DNA from: Klebsormidium nitens | Taxonomy: Eukaryota; Plantae; Klebsormidiophyceae | Direction of reading: 5' to 3' | Assembly: GCA_000708835.1 (NCBI GenBank) | Contig: DF237213.1 | Span: forward strand, 2,882-35,657 | DNA: 32,776 bases | In this document: piece after piece, positions 11,207 through 22,032 of the stretch | Layout of the letters: each line of letters starts with the position of its first letter | Position numbering within the stretch: the stretch's first letter is position 1 | Notes under the pieces: generated by a model | Databases searched by the model: none | The model's input: only the letters and a program-made list of their open reading frames with translations | What the model was told of the DNA's origin: nothing | Position numbers and translations under genes: made by a program

Positions 11207-12603
11207 TCAAAGAATCGCTTTCGGCACCCGAACGGGTATACTGGTCCGAGCTACTACTTCCTGCAGATCCAATAACAATGCTTGTAGCTTCTCTGTGTTG
11301 AGTTCCACACCACTCCCAACTCCAGAATGACTCCCCTCAAGCAATCTATGGTCCGAAGTTTCTTGCTCATGCTGGCTGGGACGATTTTCTAGACTTGATT
11401 TTTTTCTCGCCAGTTGCTGCATGTGAGAAGAGTCTGCTTCAATCAAGGTTTTAATAGCAACTCTCGGTTCAAGGATTTCGTGGTCAGAATTCCTCCACAA
11501 AAAACAGGAAACCATGCAACTACCAAGATCAGGAAGGTCTCCAAAGAGGACAGTTGAAAATTTTCTGAAGTGCTTCATGCCGGTCTAGTGTACCACCACC
11601 TGTGCAGCCCAACCATTGGCGCCTCCATGTCACGGTGAATTTAAAGGCTGCCCAAAAATCTCATGATAACCAAACATGTCCATATGGGCAAACTGAATCA
11701 TTTAATCCACTGAAGGCTGCCATGACATAACAATCCATCTGTTTTCAAACCCTCCCTTCTCAACACTCAAGCCACTCGATACTGTATACTAAGATCCGGA
11801 TTAGATGCGAGGTTACTTATTGAAACAACGTGCGTTGCCCGCTCAGTTGAGGCTCCAGACAGCTCCTTTTCTGCAACAAACCAACGAGTGGCACTCAACT
11901 CGATGCCGCAAAAACATGCTAAAAATAGATTGTACAATTAGAGATTCACTCACAATCGTTTGTCGAACCATGTCACATGACTTCTGAAGTCTCTGAATGT
12001 TCCAATGCAGGTCTGCTAGGATCCTCCTACTGTCAGATTCCTCTTGTCCTGGCCCGCTTCTGCATAAAGACAACAGAAGTGGTGAGCTCCTTGGGCAAAC
12101 ACAAGGATCACTTCTTACCTCGGGTCAACTTATCAGGCCCATATTCCCACATACGCCCAACACCACAGATTTGGACACGAGAGTAGAATGAAGATGCAGG
12201 GCAAACTTAACTTCAGCAGTTTTTATTTTGGAAGAGACTCTCTTAAATATGATGAAAGGATCCGCTACTTTCAAACTCCTGTCTTAGCAAAAAGTTACCT
12301 GGCGGTGGTCTGTCCCTTCGTCTCCAAGAGAAAGAATATTGACGATGCCAGCTCCTGCAGAGGGGGCTGCACTTGATTGACAGTTTCCAGTGGAGACAAG
12401 ACTGAGGTGCAGGGTCATTTGTCGTCTTGCTCTCATGGCCCATCGAAGCTGCCAAAGCAACTTCCACAGGAGCAGCCTGGTACTACTCTTTCCCATTGAA
12501 CAAGACGGGTGGATGAGTATTAAAAGTTGCAACCGCCAGGCCAAGCATGGGCCTTGCGACTTACCCAAAACGCTGATTGGATTGCAGTAATGCCATCCTC
12601 CAT
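11207..12603 (-). CDS. Putative small Mediator subunit of the MED2/MED29/MED32 family, 136 aa. Exons: 12603-12565, 12354-12299, 12059-11954, 11416-11207
   Basis: Donors GTAAGT, GTAACT and GTGAGT with CAG acceptors give phases 0/2/0. The product is MEDGITAIQSAFWELASSIFFLLETKGQTTARSGPGQEESDSRRILADLHWNIQRLQKSCDMVRQTIQLARKKSSLE...LNTEKLQALLLDLQEVVARTSIPVRVPKAIL. Its length, amphipathic helices and motifs (LETK, SCD, IQLAR) resemble plant MED32 and animal MED29 as I recall them. The family call is an inference. Confidence 0.55.
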
Positions 12604-12988
12604 TGCGAAAACGTTAAGGTCAGATTTCACCTTCGTTTGCCTCCACCTTGGTTCTAACAAGTGCTACCTTCCGGCGAGGAGAAAAAGGAAAAGGAGGCTT
12701 TGTCCCTGCAACCAAGGCGAATTGTGTCTCACCGCACTCTGGCCTGGCCTGCCAAGCGCTCTGAATGCTTGTAGACAAAACATATGGCGGCAAAGACACT
12801 GAGGAGACACTGATTTCGTGCTTCAACTTCAAGTTGCAGCAACGCCACCATTCCTGACCACGAATGGAACCCATTTGAATGGAACCCAGTTGAAGTTCAA
12901 CTTCCAGTTTAGGGTTCCAGGATACCAGAATAGCCTGCATGCAGCATGATACCCTAGGTACTAGCTGTGCTGCATGGCGGGTCCTTCA

Positions 12989-13042
12989 TGGGCCATAATG
13001 ATATGGACCCATGGTCCACGCGGTCATTCCGGCCCATGGGCC
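12989..13042. promoter_or_regulatory. Cluster of site II-like (TGGGCY) elements in the divergent promoter between the MED32-like gene and ESS2
   Basis: TGGGCC at 12989-12994, and a perfect palindrome GGCCCATGGGCC at 13031-13042 containing two opposed sites. These lie between head-to-head ATGs at 12603 (-) and 13173 (+). Confidence 0.35.
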
Positions 13043-13172
13043 ATACCTTCTTCTGCACCCAGGGCCAGGCTCCCACGGGCTAGTGCTATGTAGTCATGAA
13101 TACTGAGTTTTCTGCTGCCAGAGGTGCAATCCAAAACATTTGCGGAGTGTAAATACTCTTGATGCTGTGACC

Positions 13173-15083
13173 ATGTTGGCCACCCCAGGGCGTTCCCCTC
13201 GCCACTTGGAGCAACCATCCCCAGCTTCAAGGCGTACCACCGAGTACAATGAGATTCATGGAGGTGCGGTGGCGCGAATACCAGAGTCTCTGGGGGGGCC
13301 TCCTCGCAAACGGCCTAGAAAGCAGCAAGTGCTGGATGAGGATACCTATGTGGCTGCCATCGAGCGGATAATCGAGAGAGACTTCTTCCCTGACAACTCC
13401 AAGCTGCAAAACCGGTTGGACTGGTTGGAAGCAGTGCGCAGCGGAGACCCCGACAAGATCCGCAGCGTGCAGATGACCATTGTGCGCCAAAGGGCAGAAC
13501 GCGCAGCGGCAGGCGTCACGCCATCACTGGCAGGTGAGCCAAGGCCTGCTAGGCGCAACAATTTGAATCTTACAAATCAGGTGTTCTTCTTGATTGTTCT
13601 TCTTGACATCACACGGCTACTTTACAACCCCTGCCGTTCCTGGACAATGGTTAGCATGCTCCTGCCCCTTTCCAGCGTTCAAGTGGCGGCTCGCTTGAGC
13701 TTCTTCAACGAGGAAAGCAAGAGGTGCCCTACGCTCTGCATAGCGCTTCTAGGATGCGGGTTTGGTGAGCATGCCAGACACTTCTGAGCAGTCTCTGCTT
13801 GTTAGCAGAGATACCTCTCGTGGTTGTGCACCGTGTCATGGGGTTGGTCGGTTGGCTTGGATTCCTGCTTTTTACAGATTCAAAGTGACCATCCCTGCTG
13901 GCCCCTGCCAGGTGTCACTCCAGGGGGTCCTCTCGCCACTCCCGCTAGTATGCTGGGGGCCGCCAGCCCTGCCTTCTCTGTGCGCTCGCATGCTCCCTCC
14001 ACCGGTGCTGCCCCCCAAACAGGAGAGTCAGACGAGGGGCCAGACGTGGCTCTGTCGCTGGACCAGTTCCTGCGTGTCTACACCAGTGAGGACAATGCTT
14101 CGTTCTCGGAGATCTTGGAGAAAGTGAACCGCAAGCGGGCAGTCAAGAGTGCACACCTGCGGGAGGGCGAGCAGGGAAAGCAGCCCCGGCTGACAGAGCA
14201 CGGAGAGGCGGCGCTGGAAGGGGGGCCCACCAGAGCGGCTGAACCCACGGACGGGTTTGGGACTTCTAACCAGCCAACGGACCGGCTGGAGCTGTGGCCA
14301 TACCAACCAGCAAATGCCCTCTACTACTTTGGGAACGACGCCCCGCTCTCTGAAAGTGAGCTGGCTGAGAGGACCAAGGGGCCCCCCAAGGCAATCAACC
14401 GTGGCGCAACTCGCTTCCACGGCAACGTTTTTGAGAAGAGCAAGCCGCAGGAGACGGTCATCCTGTACGAACCGGTGTCGGAGACGCCAACGGGAGATGC
14501 ACTCTTGCAGCGCGAGGTTGATGCAATAAAAAAGTCGTACACACAAGGGGGGAGGGAGCCGGGGGGCTCCTATAGCTATGTCGCGACCCCGTCGCCGGCG
14601 CCTGGGGTGGACGCTTCGCCTTTCATGACGTGGGGAGACATTGAGGGTACCCCTCTCCGGCTGGAAGCAGAAGATACCCCGGTGAGCATCGGGGGCGGAG
14701 AGGGGCCCCTCTTCAAGATGCCAGCGCCGCCTGCTCGTGATCGGCAAGCCCATCAGATGTCAAGGAAAGCCGCTAGCAACCTCCGGGCCCGGCAAGACAT
14801 TCAGGCAGGGAGGACTCCGAGAGCCTCCTCGGGGGCGGCAAGCCCCGCAATGGGAGCGTTATCGGCAGCTGGGCAGAAGCTGGTCAACAAGGCGTTGGGG
14901 AAAAGCAGCAAGGACATAGATGTGGGCCTAAGACAAAGCTACAGAGCTAGCCCAGCCAGGAGTAAAGCATTGGCCACACCAATGACGCGTGGTGGTAGTG
15001 CCACGCCGTACGTGGGCTCTCATAGGGCTCCCTCGTTAAGTCCGTTCGCATCCAAAGGGGATGCATTAGAAGATCCCAAATGA
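13173..15083 (+). CDS. ESS2: Splicing factor ESS2/DGCR14 (Es2 family). Exons: 13173-13533, 13912-15083
   Basis: Motifs: VLDEDTYVAAIERIIERDFFPDNSKLQNRLDWLEAVRSGDP, LSLDQFLRVYTSEDNASFSEILEKVN, DGFGTSNQP, INRGATRFH, and YSYVATPSPAPGVDASPFMTWGDIEGTPLRL. There is a single phase-1 GT-AG intron. Confidence 0.94.
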
Positions 15084-15980
15084 TGGTTTCTTCCAAGTTA
15101 CGCAGGACTACGGAGCGCAGGCAATAGTAGCGCTCCATTGGTGGGCCGGAACACCTCCAAGCGGGACTCAAAATGTAGGCCTATTTCAGGATTTCCTCAT
15201 AGATGCCTGGGCCCGCTTTCAACAACTTACCAAAAGGTTGCTAGGCATGTCATGGTTGCATGCAGCATCACTGAAGCCTGCTCTTAATAATTGCATGTAT
15301 TGGATCCAGTCATATGCAAGGATGCAAGAGCTCTTGATAAATCCAGTCAAATTTCACTATATATATGATCTAGCTCTCATGCATATCATGCATGTCACTT
15401 CACCAGACGTGAGTCGATCCCGCGGCATATACCATGCTCAGTGAGTTCATGCGACCATGTTATATAGACTCGCGCGAGCCTGTCCTCATGCAATCATGAT
15501 CCGACGAATTCTTAGATGTGTTGGAATTGATCCACACACTGTACATACGCATGCATATCTAGAGATAAGCCTAGGTTCTTCAAACATGCGAAGCGCATTT
15601 GCAGTTTTATCGTTATCCAGGGGGCTGGGGTCAAAGTTCAAGGCATATGCAGTATGCACATGCGCGCACTGATTATTGGTTTATGACGTTTGGTCAAAAT
15701 TCCGCCAGCCAGCCCTAGGCCCGGCATTAGCCCCATGCCTCGCGAAACGATTACGGTTGTGTTGTTTGGCAAAAATAGCATTTTCCTGTAGTTGCCAGTT
15801 GCGGGAGGCGTTGCCTCACAATTCACAACTGACCCTTCTATGTGCGGTCTGCATCGAAGTACAACCATGCAGAGTCTGCACCATCATCAACATACCAGTT
15901 ACTGGAACGTTCATTGCCAGTCATGTTCATCTCGACTCCTCAGTATCGGAAAAGTGCGACTTGCCAACAATGTAATTGCT

Positions 15981-18900
15981 TCACCTCAAGCCTGGGCCCC
16001 CGCCGGCTTGATTATCCGCACCTCCGGAGGTTAGAGTCGGGGGAGAGGCGGCAACCTTGGGCGGAGCAAGAGGCGCTCTGCCCCGTGGAGCAGTCTGATT
16101 CTGTGCCCCTGAGCCTGGTTGGAAGAGGTGTGGCCGCGGTCCCTGCATGTTGAAACCGGACGGCAGGACACCGCCGGGTCGCAGATGTTGGCCGAAGTGA
16201 GGCGGGGCCAGTGGGCGCATCAGAACCTGGCGGGTTGGCCGCACCGCGGGGTGTCGCTGCGAGGGCAGAGGCTGCCCCAAAGGAGGGGGAGGCTGCGCAA
16301 CGTTCGGGTAGGAGGCGCGGGGAACAGGCTGGCCCAGAGCAAGGGGGGCGGGACCCCACCCGGCCGGTAATTGCTGGACCGGCCGAAAGGAAGCCTGCAT
16401 GAAACCAACGACCCTGAGAGCTATTAGAGCATAGCTTGTAAAATCCCATGTAAGATGAAAAACGCAGGAGCGCAATCCTCGAAGCTGCATAGGATGCAGG
16501 ACCTTCGTCTTGCAGGTGGAAGGAGTAGTCATCCACAGTCCCAATGACACACACTCGTCACTCGATTCCCCGGTCCACCACTCCTGTTGCCCGCAAAGCT
16601 CGTGGGAGGGCCCTTGCCTGTCTGCCTGCTTGTGCAGGTTGCCACTGCTGCTGCTGCTGCTGGTAGGCTGGCCGGTAGGGTGCCGGCCCCACCGCCGGGC
16701 CCCGCTGCTGCTGCTGCGGCGCCTGCTGGTGGTACTGCGGCACGTAACGACCCGCTCCGCCTGGCTGGCGGGAAGCGGGCGGCGCTTGCCCCGCTGGGAA
16801 GCGCTGTGGGAACGCGGAGCCGGCGGGAGCCGGCGGGGGGCGGTAGTGGAGAGGGGGTGGCCCGGAATAGGCCGGCCGCATAGGGCTGAGCGTCTCCTCG
16901 TACTGGCGCACTGCAACAGAGGGGCAACAGAGGGGCACAGTCAGGACTGCCCATGGTCGTCCACGTCCACACGGGCCGAGTGCTGTTGGGATGAACATGT
17001 CGCTAGTACGTCGGAGATGCCACGCTGACTTTTGGGAATCCCCAGTCAAGTCCCAAATCTGGCGAGCGCGAGGGGTCCGCCAGTCCCGGTGATCCGTACT
17101 TGCAAGGAAGGCATGACAGTGGGTGCTCACATCGTTTCTGCCCCACGGAGATGATCTTCTTCAGGCACGACGCAAACTCCTCCAGCACCGTTTGCTCCTG
17201 CGCCGCGTACAGCCGCGCTGCGGCGCCTTCGCCCCCCCCCTCGTCCGCCCCTCCGTACAGCCCCCCCGGCAGCGCTACCTGCACCTCTTTCTCCGCTGGG
17301 AGCTCTTCGTCGCACGACAGCAGCAGCGCCTCGGGCGACTGCTCCTCGGCCTCGCCCGGCCCCGGCCCCTGCCCCGCGGGGCTGCCCCCGCCCGCCCGCC
17401 GCTCCTCCACCGCCGTGTGCGCCCCATCGTCGCTCGTCCCGGGGCGGCCCCCATCATCGGAGCGGGCCGCCGCCGCCGCAAAGGCGGCCTCCTGCCGGTG
17501 CTGCTGGGCCGCCAGCAGGCCGGGGTGCTGGGCTGCACCAGCGAGGCACGGCGCAACAGTCAGGCCCCGCCGAGAAAAGGCGGCAGCAGCGCAGGGGCTG
17601 CAGGAACAGAAAGCGGCGCAGCGAGCGGAGCCTAGGCAGAACACAGACTCGGCGTCAGTGTCACACTGCAAGACCGGCAGCCCGCTGGAGACCGGGGTGG
17701 GGAGTGGGCCGTGCGGGGCGGGCGTGGGCGGACCTTCGAAGTTGTTGGCGACCTCCTGCGTGACGATGGCCAGCAGCTTGCACAGCTCCTGCACCGCGTC
17801 CGCCTTCACCACGCCCGACAGCAGCGACCTGCGTGCACGCCCGGACACAGCCGCCAGTGAGCACGGACCAGCGGGGAGACAAGAGAGGGGCGCACAGCAG
17901 CTGGCAACCCGGTGTGCAGAGGGAGTCCGTCCGGCGGGGCTGACACTGCGGTGACATTCGGGTCTCACCTGGTGGGGGGCTTTTGCGGTGCCCGTCCTGC
18001 GGGGTAACTACTGCCCGGTATGCTCTTCGCCCCGCTGCCACCCTGCAACATTCCGCACAAAGGCCTCAGCAGTGAGAGGAATGAAGAGGAGCTGAGAGGC
18101 CCGCTGCAGACGGCGGCAGGCGCCCCGCTGCCACGCCCATGTACAGCTCATGGCAAATCCTGGCCTCTAAACCAGGCAGCCTGGCTGTCCTCAATCTTTC
18201 TGCACGCAGTGTTTGCCGGCTCGTCCAAGCATGGCGATGCGTGTACCTGGGCGGGCTTGGCTTGCGGGGGACTCTGCAGCGCGCGGTCTTGCAGGCGCGC
18301 CTTCTTGAACGGCGGGGGCGAGGGCGCCGCATAGCCGGGGGGCCCTTGTGGTGCAGGGTCGATGGAACCCGCTAACAGCAGGCGGCGCTCGTCGCTGCCG
18401 TCGAAGTTCTTGCAGTCGATGCACTTGCACGCGTCGGTGCACAGCACGCCCGCCTGGAAGCACTCGCAATACTTCTTGAGGCAGCCCGACTTTTTGCAGT
18501 GGCAGCCCTTGTGGTGGTGCCCCGCGACTGGCGCCTCGGTGGCCGCCGGATCCGCCAGGAACGCAGCGGGCGCCGCTGCCTCCTGCACACGCAGCGCGGC
18601 ACGCGGTCACCGGCCAGCGGCACATCAGCAGGCACACACGCCGCAGAGCAGATCCCAGGACGAAGCCAAGTGCTAAGCTGCTGCCCCTGCGTACGAGCAG
18701 TGCTCTCGTCGAGGGATAGGCCCTATGATGATGGCCCAACAGGCCTTGCCTTTCACAACGGATTGCTTTGACACCAGCAGCAAGGGATCGAGGCCGAAAG
18801 ACAGCCTCGGGTGATGCGGCTATGGAGCTCCGTACTCTCGCTGCCTGTCAGAGTGGCCGTACGAACGGGCCTAGTCCAAGCATGCAAGGGCCGCGTGCAG

Positions 18901-21336
18901 GTTCTGCGAAGTGCGAGAAATGAGTGGAACAGCGAGTCACGCCCGTGTCGGCCAAGCAGACGCAGACCTCTCGCAGTTGCTCCCAAGATTTGTCCTGTCA
19001 GAAACATCCAAAACCTTCACGCTTATACCTGCTCCTTCCAAGGGAAGCCTAACTTGGAACTTGCAAAGCTACAACACTGCGCACCCCGGCTTACGCCGTT
19101 CCACACCTGTTCATTCTTGACGTCGGGGCTGGGTGCAATCTTGGGGCGGAAGGCGTTGGGGTTGCGCTCCAGCGTCGCCTCCACCGCCTCCTGGCGCGTG
19201 ACTTCATTCTCGGCGTTGTTGCAGCAGCCCTGGCAGTTGCACTCCGGCCCGCAGTAGTGGCCGCTGGCAAAGCACTCGCAGTACCTGCACGCACACCACC
19301 GCTCCCCCGCTCAGAGCCCCCCTCTCGGAGCACAATCGTGTGTGGAGCGCAACGGAACAGTTTCGCATATATGCACAATACTCAAGCAGGTTGCTCTCTT
19401 GGCAGGCTGCCAGGCGTGGAGGCGAGGACTTACAGCTTGAGGCAGCGCGAGTTCTTGCAGTTGCATTGCTTCTTCTTGGGCGGGGGCTCCGGCTTGTCTG
19501 GCGCAGCGCGCAGGCCGCGGTACGGAGACGCCCCGGGAACAGGCCTGGCAGCAAGCAAGCAGCGTACGCAGGGTGAGGCGCGCAGAGAAAGCTCGAGGCG
19601 AACGAGCAGCCAGGTGGGGCTGCTTGAAGAGGTAGCTGGGGCAGGGGGGCAGCCGGTGGCCTGTGGTAAGGGATTATGGCTCCTGCAAACGAGTCACTGT
19701 GTACGAGATGCAGATGAAAGCCGAATGGCTCCAACAGCGAGCCATCTCTGATGGCCTACTCAAGTGCAAAGCCGCCCCGTCCCCATTGCTATTCTAGCGC
19801 ACTCTGGGCTGTACACTGCTGGCCGCTCACCTGGCAGGGGAGCCGTGTGGGGGGAGGGGCCCTGGAGGAAAGAAGCGGCGGGGAGGGCTGGCCCCCAGCT
19901 GTGCGCTGCTGTCTGGTGGGGGGGGGCAGGGAGGCCGTACGGCTGGGCCCCAAAATCGAGGTGGCGTACCGGCTTGCGCAGGGCGCCGTCAGGGGCGGGG
20001 CGGCCCGGGGGGGACAAGGCGCGCGCGTGGCTGGGGTCCATGGAGCGCACAATGAGGCGCGGAGAGGGGAGCTGGGAGGGGGGGCAAGCGGGGCCGGAGG
20101 GCCAGGCGGTGACAGGGGAGCTGCCAGGCGCAGCGGAGCCACGTGATGGCAAACCTGGACGAGCACAAGGGACAAAGTGAGGGCGAAAGGAGCGCGACAG
20201 AGATCAATTAAACCCAGAACTCATGCACGGGCCCAAAGAAGGAGGCCCCTTGCAATGCATAGTGAAAGACCCCCAAGCTGACATGAAGCCCGGTGGAATA
20301 ATGTATGCAGCATCCCAGCCTATACCACAATACCTGAGCAACGGGAGATGATGCTCAGTTGCTCGAGGTACCACCTTCTATGCACCTTGGCGTCAGGACC
20401 TCAAGTATGCCTTCAGTGACCCCCATCAAGTCTGGACAATGTTGTGTTTGTGCCTCTTGGCATCTGCCTACTTGCCCCAGAGGCCCTCAAGAGAGTCACA
20501 AACATACCGCCCGCTGGCTGCGTGTTGCAGTGCTCCCTCCCACTCCCTCATTGAGTGCCGACCCCCCCTGCCTCACCTCCTTGGCTGGGCAGCCCCTGGC
20601 GGCTGCCTGCGGGCTGGTGCTGCCGGCCCCCGCCTGCCTCCCCCGCCATGAGGTGCACCCCAAAGGGCAGCGGCTGCCGCAGCGCTGCGCTGCCCTGCTG
20701 GCTGCTGCCGCCCAGGAACCGCGGCGCAGGATGCCGCACCGGCTGGGCCAGATGACTAGCAGCCGAGGGGGCATCGCCACGGCGACCGGGGCTGCTGAGC
20801 TGCGGCGCCCCGGGCTTGGCCGCGCCCACCCCCCCTGGGGCCTCCCAAGTGGCATTATCTGGCTGCTGCCTTGCTCCCCCTTGGAAAGAATTCCTGGCTG
20901 CCTGCATGCCGCCATTGCTGGCGCCTAGGCCAGCTGCCTCGCTGTGTCCCGCTGGCGGCGCACTGGCCGGCAGCAGGGCGCCAGGCAAGGGGCTCCCCAC
21001 GGGGCGGGCCGTTGTGGACGCATGCTTCTGGCCGGCCTGCCCCTGCCGCCGGCTCGGCTGCTCCTCTGCTGCAAGCACCACGGTGTGCGGCGGCCTCTGT
21101 ATCTGGCCCACTCCATGCCCATCTTGAACGGCTAGTCTTACGCTGCCAGGCACCGTGTGGGCAGTCCTGTCGTCGCGTGGCGCCTGATTGTTTGCCATGC
21201 CCCATTCACCTTCACCTGCTCGGGGGGGCAGTGAGGCAGGCGCAGCTCCTGCCTGCGCTAGCCGCCCTGCCTGCTGCTGTGCTCCTGCTGCTGGCCGAAC
21301 AAGGCCCCCTTGCTCCCGCACTGCTCCCCCCTCCAT
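15981..21336 (-). CDS. TCX: Tesmin/TSO1-like CXC (CRC-domain, LIN54-type) DREAM-complex protein. Exons: 21336-20577 (possible 84-nt intron at 21215-21132), 20154-19831, [19682-19604 tentative], 19544-19434, 19284-19107 (or -19095), 18582-18247, 18042-17969, 17828-17734, 17532-17131, 16910-16618, 16394-15981
   Basis: There are two CXC domains ([37 protein letters not shown] and [36 protein letters not shown]) with the conserved [10 protein letters not shown] linker. Also present are the N-terminal RHLDF motif, [20 protein letters not shown] and the C-terminal helix [16 protein letters not shown]. The core is certain; the low-complexity N- and C-terminal exons are less certain. Confidence 0.88.
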
Positions 21337-22011
21337 CGCGGTGCCCCAGGTGGGGCCGGATCTGCCCCCACCCGCTCAGCACTTCAAAGTGAAGCAAGAG
21401 CGAGGATGAACATCTATCCTTGGGCATGCGTCGATCCAAAAGAGGCGGGCTTTTTGAGGAAGGTACGAAACCTGTGTCTCTCAGCTTTGGAAAGATGTTT
21501 TGGAGGGTAAGCATCAAGTCAGACTACTCAAGGAGTCTCCTTCTAGATTGACCATGGCTAGCTTGTCTTTTACCAAGCTTCCGCATCTCTCCTGCACACG
21601 AATTGGCTCTCAATGATAGTCACAATGGTTCGCAGCTGCAAAGTTGCAGACGTTCGGCCTGGAAAGAAAGTAGATCACCAATTTTGCCATGGGACATGAA
21701 CCAAGCTAGCAAGCCATTACCACAGCGCCCCAGGAGCAGCCACCATGGATCTTAAAGAACTTTTTGGCTGACAGTGAAACCGATGCGGCTTTGAACCACG
21801 CAGCTTTCATGGAGAGGCTGTGCAGCGATGGATCAAGAATTCGGGTTATGGTGACTCGTCCAGAGGGAGACGGACGTGCTCATCGAAGATCCAGCTTGCG
21901 GAAGCTTGCTTTCGAGGGGCCTCGTTTCCACGGTACTTGATTCTTGCCTGCCTTCAGGCGCGGCTTGAGGGTTCAACGACCTTCCAAAGGGGGCCCTTGA
22001 CGTCCCAGTAA

Positions 22012-22032
22012 TTCGAATTTTCGAACTTTGAA
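22012..22032. promoter_or_regulatory. Three clustered CHR-like TTYGAA motifs upstream of the TCX gene
   Basis: TTCGAA at 22012-17, TTCGAA at 22020-25 and TTTGAA at 22027-32, about 680 bp 5' of the predicted TCX ATG. TTYGAA/TTYRAA is the established LIN54/CRC-domain site. Confidence 0.35.

Noticed and set aside
11817-11870. Alternative small exon(s) for the MED32-like gene (acceptor at 11871; also a GTAAG donor near 12117)
   Set aside because: In the required phase it stops after 17 codons. Other combinations need weak splice sites and fit the family pattern less well than direct splicing to 11416. It cannot be excluded as a minor isoform.
5051-15083. Two spliceosomal genes (U2SURP and ESS2) close together as a possible functional cluster
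   Set aside because: Both are ubiquitous housekeeping genes, they do not share a promoter, and there is no evidence beyond proximity.
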